This document shows positions 54,305 through 63,727 of a stretch of DNA of 64,000 bases, piece by piece. A model generated the notes under the pieces. The model was not told where the DNA came from. It searched no databases and saw only the letters and a program-made list of their open reading frames with translations. Source of the stretch: Eubacteriales bacterium (GTDB lineage Bacteria; Bacillota; Clostridia; Oscillospirales; CAG-272); contig JAZQKG010000013.1 in assembly GCA_045542035.1 (NCBI GenBank), positions 12,102 to 76,101 of the forward strand. Reading direction: 5' to 3'. A program made the position numbers and the translations under genes. Position 1 is the first letter of the stretch, and each line of letters starts with the position of its first letter.

Positions 54305-55327
54305 ATGAAAGAAAAAATCAGTGAACTGAAGGCTCGGTTTGACGCGGAGCTCGCACAGGCAACCGACGCTTCGGCGCTTGAGACGTTGAGAGTAAATTTC
54401 CTCGGCAAAAAGGGCGCTGTCGCAGAGCTTATGAAGGGGCTTCGTGACGTTGAGGATAAAAAGAGTGCGGGTCAGCTTATCAATACCTTTAAAAACGAAG
54501 TTGAGGCGGCTATAGCGTCAGCTGAGGAGACGATTAAGCTTGCTGCAATCGAAGCACAGGTAAGGGGAGCAAAGAAATACAATCCTACACTCGCCTATGA
54601 AAGAGAGCTTGGCTCTTACCACCCAATCACTCTTGCGACGCGTGAGGTCGAAGAGGTTTTTGAAAGCATGGGCTTCACAATAGAAAACTATGCCGAGATA
54701 GTTGACGATTATCAGTGCTTTGAGGCGCTTAACATACCTAAGCACCACCCCGCGAGAGATATGCAGGACACCTATTATCTTGAAAACGGACAGCTTCTCA
54801 AGACTCATACCTCTGCGGCACAGAACGCTATTATGAAAAAGTACGGCGCTCCTCTCAGAGCTATATTCCCCGGCCGCTGCTTCAGAAACGAGTCTACAGA
54901 CGCCTGTCACGAGAATACCTTCTTCCAGATGGAAGGCATGATGATAGACGAAAATATATCTATATCAAATCTTATTTACTTTATGAAAACAATGCTTTCC
55001 GAGGTTTTCAAAAGAGACGTAAAGGTAAGACTCCGTCCGGGATTTTTCCCGTTTGTCGAGCCGGGATTTGAGCTTGATATAAACTGTGAGATATGCGGCG
55101 GCGCAGGCTGCCCTTCATGTAAGAATTCCGGCTGGCTTGAGCTCTGCCCCTGCGGTATGATTCATCCGAACGTTCTTAAAGAGGGCGGAATAGATATCGA
55201 GAAGTATTCCGGATTCGCATTCGGTCTCGGTCTCACACGTCTTGCGATGATGAAATACGGCGTCAAGGATATCCGAGATTTCAACAGCGGAAATCTTAAA
55301 GCGCTCTCGCAGTTCAAGTCAATATAA
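54305..55327 (+). CDS. pheS: phenylalanine-tRNA ligase alpha subunit
   Basis: 340 aa class II aaRS. Motifs FRNE and GFAFGLGLTRLAM. Confidence 0.95.
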   Translation: MKEKISELKARFDAELAQATDASALETLRVNFLGKKGAVAELMKGLRDVEDKKSAGQLINTFKNEVEAAIASAEETIKLAAIEAQVRGAKKYNPTLAYERELGSYHPITLATREVEEVFESMGFTIENYAEIVDDYQCFEALNIPKHHPARDMQDTYYLENGQLLKTHTSAAQNAIMKKYGAPLRAIFPGRCFRNESTDACHENTFFQMEGMMIDENISISNLIYFMKTMLSEVFKRDVKVRLRPGFFPFVEPGFELDINCEICGGAGCPSCKNSGWLELCPCGMIHPNVLKEGGIDIEKYSGFAFGLGLTRLAMMKYGVKDIRDFNSGNLKALSQFKSI

Positions 55328-55342
55328 GGAGGCAATAAGAAA

Positions 55343-57712
55343 ATGTTTTTATCGATGAATTGGATAGGCGATTTCGTTGACCTCTCGGGGCTTGATAAAA
55401 AATCGCTTATCAGAAACTTCACATTATCCACAGCTGAAGTGGAGGATATATTTGTAAAGGGTGAGGATACTCACGGCGTTGTCGTAGCGAAAATTCTTTC
55501 GGTTGAGAATCATCCCACTTCAAAGAAGCTTCATCTTTTGAAGGTTGACACGGGTGCTGAGGTGCTTGATATAGTTTGCGGCGCGCCTAATGTAAGAGAG
55601 GGAATGAAGGTTGCTCTTGCAACTTCGGGCGGCTCAGTATGCGGCCATCCCATAACTCCCGCAACTATTGCAGGATTTACCTCATACGGTATGTGCTGCT
55701 CGGAGGCGGAGCTTGGAATCAGCGACGACAATTCGGGTATTTGGGAGATAACCGACGATATTCCGCTCGGAACTGACATTAAGTCTGTATATGGAATCGA
55801 CGATATAATCTTCGAGGTTGATAACAAATCTCTTACAAACCGTCCTGACCTTTGGAGCCATTACGGTATTGCCCGTGAATTTGCTACGATAACGGGAAGA
55901 GAGCTTAAACCCATACCCGTGCGCGATATTTCGGAATTTGATAATCTTCCCGCAGTCGCTGTCGACGTTAAGGCAACAGAGCTTGTATGGCGTTACAGCG
56001 CAATCAAGGTTGAAAATATCAGGCGCAAGGTAAGCCCAGTAAATATGAGAATACGCCTTTATTACTGCGGCTCGCGCGCTATAAACTTCCTTGCTGACCT
56101 TACGAACTACGTGATGATGGAAGTCGGTCAGCCCATGCACGCGTTTGATAACAGAAAGGTTGATAAAATCGAGGTTCAGACCTTTAAATCGGGACTTAAA
56201 TTTACGACTCTTGACGGTATCTCGCGCGATATTGACGAAAATATGCTTATGATAACGTCGGGTGATCAGCCTGTCGCAATAGCCGGTGTTATGGGCGGTG
56301 ACGCATCTAAAATTGAGGATGATACCGATTCGCTCCTTCTTGAGTCTGCAACCTTCGACGGAGTATCGGTAAGAAAAACGACGACGCGTCTCGGACTTCG
56401 TACCGACGCTTCAATGAGATATGAAAAGATGCTCGACCCCGAGCTTTGTAAAATTGCGACCGAGCGTCTTCTTAAGCTCCTTTTCGAGTGTGACTCGGGC
56501 GCTAAGGTTGTTTCATCTTTTACCGACTGCTACGTAAATAAGTATGAAACAATAGTTCTTAACTTTGATAAGAAGTACGTTGACCGCTATACAGGAATAA
56601 ATATTCCGGAAGAAACTATAGTAAAAACTCTCACGGGTCTTGGCTTCGGTATAAAATGCGACAAAGGAAACTTCACGGTTACAGTTCCCTCGTGGAGAGC
56701 TACCAAGGACGTAACCATAAAGGCGGACATTATTGAGGAGATTACGAGAATCTACGGATATGATAATTTTGACGTATTTACGTCGGAGAGCGCTCTTCTT
56801 CCCGTTCGCAAGGAGGTTCTCAAGTCCGATGAGGACAGAATGAAGGATATACTCGTGAAGAGCTACCGTTTGCACGAGGTTCATTCTTATATCTGGTCCG
56901 ACGTTCAGAAGAACAAGGAGCTCGGTATAACAACTCCCGAAAACGTTGCGATTCTCAACGCGCAGACCCCCGACCATAAATTTCTCCGCGTATCAATGAT
57001 ACCCACGCTTCTTTCCTTCGTTAAAGAAAATAAGAGCTACCTTGATACCTTCGGCATCTTTGAGATAGGACATACTGTTGAGGGGCTGAAGGATAACGGA
57101 TGCTGTAATGAGATGAATAAGCTTGGATGCGTTCTCTTCTCAAAGTGTGAGAGCGAGGAAGCTCTCTTTATGAGAGCGAGAGATATTATTTCGGAAATCG
57201 TCTCTGATATTCTTCATAAAGACGTATGCTTCAAGGCAATAGAGGCGGCATACGATTTCCAGCATCCCGTAAATGCCTTTGCGGTAAATGCTGAGGGTGA
57301 GACGGTAGGTTATATTTCTGTTCCTCATCCCGTTGTAAGCGGTAATATTGATAAAAAGTGCGCCGTTGCGTTCTTTGAAATACGCACCGAAGATTTCGCT
57401 AAGGTTAAAGCGGGCTTGACAAAATATAAGGAGCCCTCGAAATTCCCCGCAATAGATATCGATATCACCTTTAATGCCGATATATCTGCGGTTGAATTCG
57501 GAAAGCTCGTCTCTCTGGCAAAGGCTGCCGCGGGGGATATTCTTGCCGACGTTAAAGTTAAAGATATCTACACTGCTGACGGAGTAACAGCTCTCACTCT
57601 CAGATTCTCATTTGTTTCAAGGGAGCGTACTCTTACAAAGCAGGAGCTTATGCCCGCAACCGAAAGCATTGCGAAAGCTCTTTCGGGAATGGGTCTTACT
57701 GTAAAAGTATAA
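55343..57712 (+). CDS. pheT: phenylalanine-tRNA ligase beta subunit
   Basis: 789 aa. N-terminal tRNA-binding OB domain, B3/4 and B5 domains, and a C-terminal FDX-ACB domain. Follows pheS. Confidence 0.95.
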   Translation: MFLSMNWIGDFVDLSGLDKKSLIRNFTLSTAEVEDIFVKGEDTHGVVVAKILSVENHPTSKKLHLLKVDTGAEVLDIVCGAPNVREGMKVALATSGGSVCGHPITPATIAGFTSYGMCCSEAELGISDDNSGIWEITDDIPLGTDIKSVYGIDDIIFEVDNKSLTNRPDLWSHYGIAREFATITGRELKPIPVRDISEFDNLPAVAVDVKATELVWRYSAIKVENIRRKVSPVNMRIRLYYCGSRAINFLADLTNYVMMEVGQPMHAFDNRKVDKIEVQTFKSGLKFTTLDGISRDIDENMLMITSGDQPVAIAGVMGGDASKIEDDTDSLLLESATFDGVSVRKTTTRLGLRTDASMRYEKMLDPELCKIATERLLKLLFECDSGAKVVSSFTDCYVNKYETIVLNFDKKYVDRYTGINIPEETIVKTLTGLGFGIKCDKGNFTVTVPSWRATKDVTIKADIIEEITRIYGYDNFDVFTSESALLPVRKEVLKSDEDRMKDILVKSYRLHEVHSYIWSDVQKNKELGITTPENVAILNAQTPDHKFLRVSMIPTLLSFVKENKSYLDTFGIFEIGHTVEGLKDNGCCNEMNKLGCVLFSKCESEEALFMRARDIISEIVSDILHKDVCFKAIEAAYDFQHPVNAFAVNAEGETVGYISVPHPVVSGNIDKKCAVAFFEIRTEDFAKVKAGLTKYKEPSKFPAIDIDITFNADISAVEFGKLVSLAKAAAGDILADVKVKDIYTADGVTALTLRFSFVSRERTLTKQELMPATESIAKALSGMGLTVKV

Positions 57713-57801
57713 AAATATAAGAAAACAAAGAATAAATTCCGTAAAGGAACAGTTTGCTTGGAACTTAAAATCAAAAGGTTGCTTTATTGAGATGCTAACA
57801 T

Positions 57802-57845
57802 ACGAGGGCAGCGCAAGTTGAGACTTGAGCTGCCCTCGTTTTGAA
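57802..57845 (+). terminator. rho-independent terminator after pheT
   Basis: ACGAGGGCAGC 57802..57812 pairs perfectly with GCTGCCCTCGT 57829..57839, followed by TTTTG. Confidence 0.8.
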
Positions 57846-57847
57846 TT

Positions 57848-59419
57848 TTATTCAATTACAGGTGGATTGATTCCGTCGGGAACTGCGCCTGATTCAATAT
57901 AATCGAGATACGCGTCGTAGTATGAAAGAATTATGTCGTTCGCTTCTTCATCGGTTATTTCATCTACATCGCTGTAGTTATCGGTGACGTACTGCGCCAT
58001 TTTATCGACAATTTCCTTTTCAAGCGTAATGTTGTTCTCTTTAAGAGTGCTGTCAAGCGCGAGCGAAATTTCTGTCACGTATTCCTCTTCGGTTGCAAAA
58101 TACTCCTTTCTGATTGAAAGAATATCTTCGTTCAGACTGTTTTTTATGTTGTCATAAGTTTGTAAAGCATCTTCGCTGATTCCGGCTTCTTGACTCATTA
58201 CCGTGACGGATAGTTTGGTTACAAGCGTTACGAGGGGTTTCGTTCTTTCGTTTGAGTTTATCGTATTTACAACTCTGTTAACCGTTGTCTCGCCATCGGC
58301 GCCGCGCCTTGTAAGAACGTCGAGCATGGCGTCTGAGCCTTTGTCAAACGAGTTTAAGACTCCGTCGCGTGAGAGAATGAAAAGCACGTTTTTGACTGTA
58401 TCAAGGTCAGTGTTAATATTTGACGGGGCTGCCGTATGGAAAATTGAGACGGCTGAGTCTATAACGGATTTAAACGGCTCTTCGATTTCAATATTAAAAT
58501 TTCCGTCGGTATATGAGTGTGAAAGAGCGTTAACCGAACCTGCTATAAGCTCGGTAAGATATTCGCTTCCGTTTGCCGTTTCAAGAATTCTGCTAATTGC
58601 AGCCTCGTTTTCGGGGTTAAGATTTTTAAAATCTGCGCCTCTTAGACCGTCAGCTTCGCTTATTATTCTGGAAACGTCGGGAATAAGAGCGGTCATATCC
58701 TCGGACCTGCCGTCTAAATCAACGGTAGCTATTTTTGTATATAGCGCGTTTATTCCGTATTTTCCAAACGTTGTAAACACGGGACTTTCTACGGTGTTTT
58801 TTAAATATATGTCGTATTTTTCCGTAAGCTGAACAGTTGCCGTGTCCTCGGGAGATTCTTCTTTAAGAAGTGTAACAGAATTTGAAAGAGAAGAGCCGAG
58901 CCCGATAATTGGCATAAGAATAAGTCCCGCAACCGCGACACCCTGTATGAATCCAAGCCCCATACCGAGCAGTCTCGTTAAAAAATTATTTCTGCGTTTT
59001 CTGAATCCGAAAATCGCTGAGAGTATACCGTGTACTATCAGCATTACAGAGCTCACCGTAATAAAGCAGACTACGAAAATTATTGGCATTACAATAAGCG
59101 ACATAGGAATTGCGAGTATAAGCTCAATAGTGTGAACGTCAAAATTATGAATCCACGGTACGCTTTGAGTTAATACGCCCTTATTTATTAAAAGCTGTTC
59201 TATATCAGCGGCTGTTTTGCCGTCAAGGTATTCAGAAATTTTAGTAAATACCGAAGCGGAGAGAATGAAACTTATAACTCCCGACGCGACTACTGTCAGC
59301 GTTCTGATAAGCTGCCTCGATATTCCTCGGCTGAAGCCTTTCATCGCCCCGATAATTCCGAGCAGAGCAACTATGCCAAGAAATACCTCGGGCATAATAT
59401 TAAGAAGTGAATTTATCAT
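57848..59419 (-). CDS. CvpA-family membrane protein with long acidic C-terminal extension
   Basis: 523 aa. The N-terminal ~190 aa carry 4 TM helices and a CvpA-like start (GIIGAMKGFSRGISRQLIRTLTVVAS). The rest is soluble and Asp/Glu-rich. Confidence 0.6.
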   Translation of the reverse strand: MINSLLNIMPEVFLGIVALLGIIGAMKGFSRGISRQLIRTLTVVASGVISFILSASVFTKISEYLDGKTAADIEQLLINKGVLTQSVPWIHNFDVHTIELILAIPMSLIVMPIIFVVCFITVSSVMLIVHGILSAIFGFRKRRNNFLTRLLGMGLGFIQGVAVAGLILMPIIGLGSSLSNSVTLLKEESPEDTATVQLTEKYDIYLKNTVESPVFTTFGKYGINALYTKIATVDLDGRSEDMTALIPDVSRIISEADGLRGADFKNLNPENEAAISRILETANGSEYLTELIAGSVNALSHSYTDGNFNIEIEEPFKSVIDSAVSIFHTAAPSNINTDLDTVKNVLFILSRDGVLNSFDKGSDAMLDVLTRRGADGETTVNRVVNTINSNERTKPLVTLVTKLSVTVMSQEAGISEDALQTYDNIKNSLNEDILSIRKEYFATEEEYVTEISLALDSTLKENNITLEKEIVDKMAQYVTDNYSDVDEITDEEANDIILSYYDAYLDYIESGAVPDGINPPVIE

Positions 59420-59470
59420 ATTAGATCCTAATCATATAAAATGGATTTGGTTAATAAAATAATAAGAATA

Positions 59471-60013
59471 TCAGGAGTGGATAAGATTCCATACTTTTAA
59501 TACGGCTATCTGGGTTTTGGCATCCTTAATTTCTCCAGACATTACCATTTCGTATAGGTCACGCAAAGGAATTTTCTCAACCTCGAGGAATTCGTCCTCG
59601 TCAAGTTTTCTGTCTGTAAAGGTAATATCCTCTGCGAGATACATTCTGATTTTTTCTCCGACAATAGCAGGTGAGGGAATAATCTCTCCGAGGTCCGTAT
59701 ATTTTTTTGCGACTGCGCCTGTTTCCTCGCGCAGCTCTCTTTTTGCAGCCGCGAGGGTATCTTCACCGATATAATTAAGTTTACCTGCCGGAATTTCCAA
59801 GAAAATTCTTTTGTGCGGGTATCTGTATTGGCGTTCCATAAGAACGCATCCGTCGGAGAGCAGGGGAATTACGCAAACAGCCCCTATATGAAGGCAGACT
59901 TCGCGGGTCGCCTCGTTTCCGTCGGGGAGAGTGACGGTATCCCGAACGACGTTTAGAACCTTTCCTTCAAATATTACTTCTCGTTTAATCTGCTTTTCTT
60001 CAAGACTGTTCAT
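59471..60013 (-). CDS. ADP-ribose pyrophosphatase-type Nudix hydrolase
   Basis: 180 aa. Nudix box GKLNYIGEDTLAAAKRELREETG. Confidence 0.85.
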   Translation of the reverse strand: MNSLEEKQIKREVIFEGKVLNVVRDTVTLPDGNEATREVCLHIGAVCVIPLLSDGCVLMERQYRYPHKRIFLEIPAGKLNYIGEDTLAAAKRELREETGAVAKKYTDLGEIIPSPAIVGEKIRMYLAEDITFTDRKLDEDEFLEVEKIPLRDLYEMVMSGEIKDAKTQIAVLKVWNLIHS

Positions 60014-60277
60014 CGTTAATATGCCTTTCGTTTATTTATGAGAAGAACTCACAGCGATACGCCGTGAGTCCAATCGGTACACCGATTATTTTATCATATT
60101 TTTTTAAATGTGTCAACCATATTTTGTCGATAGAGTTTAAATTTTACACTATGTACATATTTGACAAAACAATCGAAAAAAAACAATAAAAACTGTTTAC
60201 TTTCTATAAAAAACGTGCTATAATATATTTAGCATAAACTCTCTGCGTCAGCAACACTCAGGAAAGGATGAATGCAT

Positions 60278-60805
60278 ATGAAGATTACGATTTACGGAAA
60301 ACAGATGACCGTGCGGGAAAGTCTAAAGGAAGCTATTGAGAGAAAGCTTCGGAAATTCGATAAGTTTTTTGGCGAAGATACCGAAGCGTTTGTGACCTGC
60401 AAGGTGCGCAAAGGAGTCAAGATTCTCGAAATTACCGTAAATTACGGTGGCGCAACGTTTCGCTCGGAAGAGGAGAGCGAGACCTTTATAACTGCCCTTG
60501 ACCGCGCCGCAGAGGGACTTGAACGTCAGATACGCAAGAACAAAACCCGCCTTGAAAAAACCGTGAAGCGCGGTGCGTTCAGCGTTGTGGATTTTGACGA
60601 TGACGACGAATACGAGGAAGAGGCGGAGTTTGAGATAAGAACGAAATCCTTCCCCTTTAAGCCTATGACACCGGAGGAAGCCATTCTTCAGATGAATCTT
60701 TTAGGACACAGTTTCTTTGCATTTACAGATGCCGAAACGCAAAACGTATGCGTTGTTTATAAACGTAAGGAGGGAAGCTACGGTTTGATAGTTCCCGAAA
60801 AATAG
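60278..60805 (+). CDS. hpf: ribosome hibernation promoting factor (long form)
   Basis: ORF 60272..60805. ATG 60278 lies 9 nt after AGGA. RaiA/YfiA N-terminal domain plus a C-terminal dimerisation domain (FKPMTPEEAILQMNLLGHSFFAF). Confidence 0.9.
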   Translation: MKITIYGKQMTVRESLKEAIERKLRKFDKFFGEDTEAFVTCKVRKGVKILEITVNYGGATFRSEEESETFITALDRAAEGLERQIRKNKTRLEKTVKRGAFSVVDFDDDDEYEEEAEFEIRTKSFPFKPMTPEEAILQMNLLGHSFFAFTDAETQNVCVVYKRKEGSYGLIVPEK

Positions 60806-60820
60806 AATAAATACAGTATA

Positions 60821-60869
60821 AAATCAGAGCTGAGATACCGCAAAACCGTGATATCTCAGCTCTGATTTT
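60821..60869. terminator. bidirectional rho-independent terminator between hpf and the RNase III gene
   Basis: Perfect 17-bp stem AAATCAGAGCTGAGATA / TATCTCAGCTCTGATTT with a 14-nt loop. A/T-rich flanks on both sides. Confidence 0.9.
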
Positions 60870-60903
60870 AAGAAGTCAACCACGGCAAAGCACCCTGTCT
60901 AAC

Positions 60904-62058
60904 TTATGTTTTATTTCTGACGATAGCTTTTTTGCTTTGTGTCTGAGCAGTTTTCTTATTTACGCGCTTTTGAACAGGCTGCGGCTTTTTTGCTTTGGGG
61001 TGAGGCGCTTTTTTCTGCACGGGTTTAGACTGCTTAGCTGTTCGTTTGCTTTTTTGCTTCTCGATTTCCTGCAAAATTTTCTCAGCCGCCAGGGCTTTTG
61101 CTTCGCGCTTTCCATATGCGCGCGCCCTTGCAACGTATCCGAGAAAGCGACATTCTATTTCATATTCGCGTGACGTGGGTGTTGAATCCTGGGTTTCGCC
61201 GAGGTCGCGGAATTCGGGAGATGTTTTCTTTTCCTTTGATGCGTATTCTTTTAGCTTTTGTACAGAAAGGACTGCTTCTGCCGATGCTGTCATAACCTTA
61301 AGCTTTTCGAACTCGCATATAAGCGCCGAAAGGGCTTCCTCTGCCGCGGCAGAGTCGGCAAGCTTGAGGTTCTTTCCTTGACCTATACCGTAAATCTTAT
61401 CTCCGATATAGCATGCGCGCTCGTAAATCTTTTTGTGATCCGGACCGCTTTCCGAAATAGTTTTATAAATCGGGGCGGGGCGCTTATGTCTTTTATCTGC
61501 GCACCATTCCTGAAGGGAGTTTTTATAGCTCTGTATAGGCGCGCCCCTTTCGCTTGAATATGATTTAACCTCAAGCATTTTGGAAACCGAATTTATTACA
61601 CGCTTCATATCGTTTCCCGAATCAATGTATATTGCGCCGATTATGCTTTCAAAAAGGTCCTCCATAACAGACGGCTCATTTTGTACGCTGAGCTTTGCGT
61701 CGCCTTCTCCGAGCAGGAGATATTTTTCAATATTCATGCTTTTGGTCGCGAGCGAAAGATTTTTTTTATCGCTGAGTTTTGACTTTATATTCGAAAAATC
61801 ACCTTCGGTAAGATCGGTCGAAATTCCGTGCTCGTATCTTTTTATGCAGTCTCGCATAAGAAGTGTTACGATTGCCGCGGAAAGAACGCTGTCGCCGAAA
61901 AATTCAAGAACTTCGTTAGACTGGTATTTCAGTCCCGATTCACCGCGGTTTTCGTTGCAAAAGCTGCTTCTTGTGAAAGCTTGCTTTAAAAGGCTTTTAT
62001 CGTTAAAGGTGTAGCCTATTTTTTCTTCAATCTCTTTTATATACTTCTCAAAATCCAT
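60904..62058 (-). CDS. RNase III family protein with two dsRNA-binding domains and a lysine-rich tail
   Basis: 384 aa. RNase III signature NEVLEFFGDSVL and MEDLFESIIGAIYID. dsRBD-like segments at about aa 175-247 and 265-332. Tail at aa 333-384 is rich in K/Q/P. Confidence 0.75.
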   Translation of the reverse strand: MDFEKYIKEIEEKIGYTFNDKSLLKQAFTRSSFCNENRGESGLKYQSNEVLEFFGDSVLSAAIVTLLMRDCIKRYEHGISTDLTEGDFSNIKSKLSDKKNLSLATKSMNIEKYLLLGEGDAKLSVQNEPSVMEDLFESIIGAIYIDSGNDMKRVINSVSKMLEVKSYSSERGAPIQSYKNSLQEWCADKRHKRPAPIYKTISESGPDHKKIYERACYIGDKIYGIGQGKNLKLADSAAAEEALSALICEFEKLKVMTASAEAVLSVQKLKEYASKEKKTSPEFRDLGETQDSTPTSREYEIECRFLGYVARARAYGKREAKALAAEKILQEIEKQKSKRTAKQSKPVQKKAPHPKAKKPQPVQKRVNKKTAQTQSKKAIVRNKT

Positions 62059-62239
62059 TTTAATTCCAATCTTTTCTGTTTGTTTTAAGTATATTTTATC
62101 ATTTTGTTATCAAAATGTCAAGAAAGTACCAATAAAATTGCCTCCTCTTGACAAAACTGAATAATAATGCTATTATATAAAATATATAGGTTTGTGAGTG
62201 CAAGGTTAAATCTCTTTATTATTTTCTCTAAAGGAGCTT

Positions 62240-63727
62240 ATGATGCAGAACGAAAGCCGCGGAATATTTACTGCAATAGAAAACTTTATAGATATGATTA
62301 TTAATCTTATGGCCTTTCTTGTTGCGTACGTATTCGTTTTAATGATCGAAAGTCCTAAGATTTCGCTTGCTCATCCGGCAACTGTTGCCATTTTGTTTTT
62401 TAATCTTATGGCATCGTCATTTACTTATCATATATGCAATCTGTACAGACCTTCAAGATATATGAAGCCTTTCCGCAGTATTCCCGAGGTGTTTAAGGTC
62501 AATTTGATATACTTTGGAACATTGGCTGTTGTTGCTACGTTTATGACAAGAGTGGGATACAGGCAGTTCGTCCTTTTTTGGATACTTTTTTCTGCCGCTA
62601 TATCAACCGCATTCCTGTCGTTCAAGCGTCACATAATAAAGGTAATTCTGGTTGCTTTGCGTGCTAAACAGTATCATCTCAGGAAGGTTATTATTATCGG
62701 AGACAATACCGCGACGGCTGTTGATTATATCAAAGAAGTAGCGTCAAATTCGCAATACGGTATGATGGTTATAGGATACGTAGGCGATAAAATAGATCCT
62801 GATGCAATCGGAGTTGAAAAGCTCGGAGCATTTAAGGATCTTGCGCAGATACTTGATAAGTACAGACCGACAGACGCGGTTTTTGCAATAGACGCGTATG
62901 ATAAGCGGCATCTTATCCGCCTTGTCAATATGTGCGACGACCGTTGTATAAAGGTGTACTTTCTGCCCGTTATTTACGGATTCTTTAAAAACTCAAGACA
63001 GATAGAGCAGATTGGAAACGTGCCGGTTATCAATATTCACAGCACTCCTCTTGATAATATGGCAAACGCCGCAATTAAGCGCGTGTTTGATATAATAGGA
63101 TCGTCTTTATTGATTATTCTTACGAGCCCAATTATGATTTTTGCCGCGATAGGCGTATATATTTCCTCACCGGGTCCTATCTTCTTCAAGCAGAAAAGAG
63201 TAGGGCGGCTCGGCAAAAAATTTACCATGCTGAAATTCCGCTCAATGAGAGTCAACGCGCAGTCAGACAAGGCGTGGACCACAGGAACAGACCCGAGAAA
63301 AACGAGATTCGGCACCCTCCTGCGCCGCACCGCAATAGACGAGCTTCCTCAGCTTTTTAACGTGCTTATGGGAAACATGTCGCTCGTAGGGCCCAGACCG
63401 GAGATTCCCGTTTTCGTAGAGCACTTTAAAGAAATAGTTCCGCTTTATATGATAAAGCATTACGTTAAGCCGGGAATAACCGGACTTGCGCAGATAAAGG
63501 GCTTCAGAGGAGACACCTCTATCGAAGCAAGAATACATGAGGATATCGCGTATATTGAAAACTGGTCGCTTATGCTTGATATATACGTTCTACTTAAGAC
63601 ACCGCTTAAGGCGATAAACAAAAATGAAAAATACGTTGCTCCTTCAAAAGAAGGTAATACGGAAGGGGAGCCCGCGGTAGCTGAAAAGCCTATCGAAGCG
63701 GAGAAAAAGGAAAAATCTGATGAGTAA
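62240..63727 (+). CDS. large (WbaP-type) polyprenyl glycosylphosphotransferase
   Basis: 495 aa. N-terminal TM bundle, central Rossmann-like region and C-terminal sugar transferase core (FTMLKFRSM, DELPQLFNVLMGNMSLVGPRP, GITGLAQ). Confidence 0.85.
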   Translation: MMQNESRGIFTAIENFIDMIINLMAFLVAYVFVLMIESPKISLAHPATVAILFFNLMASSFTYHICNLYRPSRYMKPFRSIPEVFKVNLIYFGTLAVVATFMTRVGYRQFVLFWILFSAAISTAFLSFKRHIIKVILVALRAKQYHLRKVIIIGDNTATAVDYIKEVASNSQYGMMVIGYVGDKIDPDAIGVEKLGAFKDLAQILDKYRPTDAVFAIDAYDKRHLIRLVNMCDDRCIKVYFLPVIYGFFKNSRQIEQIGNVPVINIHSTPLDNMANAAIKRVFDIIGSSLLIILTSPIMIFAAIGVYISSPGPIFFKQKRVGRLGKKFTMLKFRSMRVNAQSDKAWTTGTDPRKTRFGTLLRRTAIDELPQLFNVLMGNMSLVGPRPEIPVFVEHFKEIVPLYMIKHYVKPGITGLAQIKGFRGDTSIEARIHEDIAYIENWSLMLDIYVLLKTPLKAINKNEKYVAPSKEGNTEGEPAVAEKPIEAEKKEKSDE

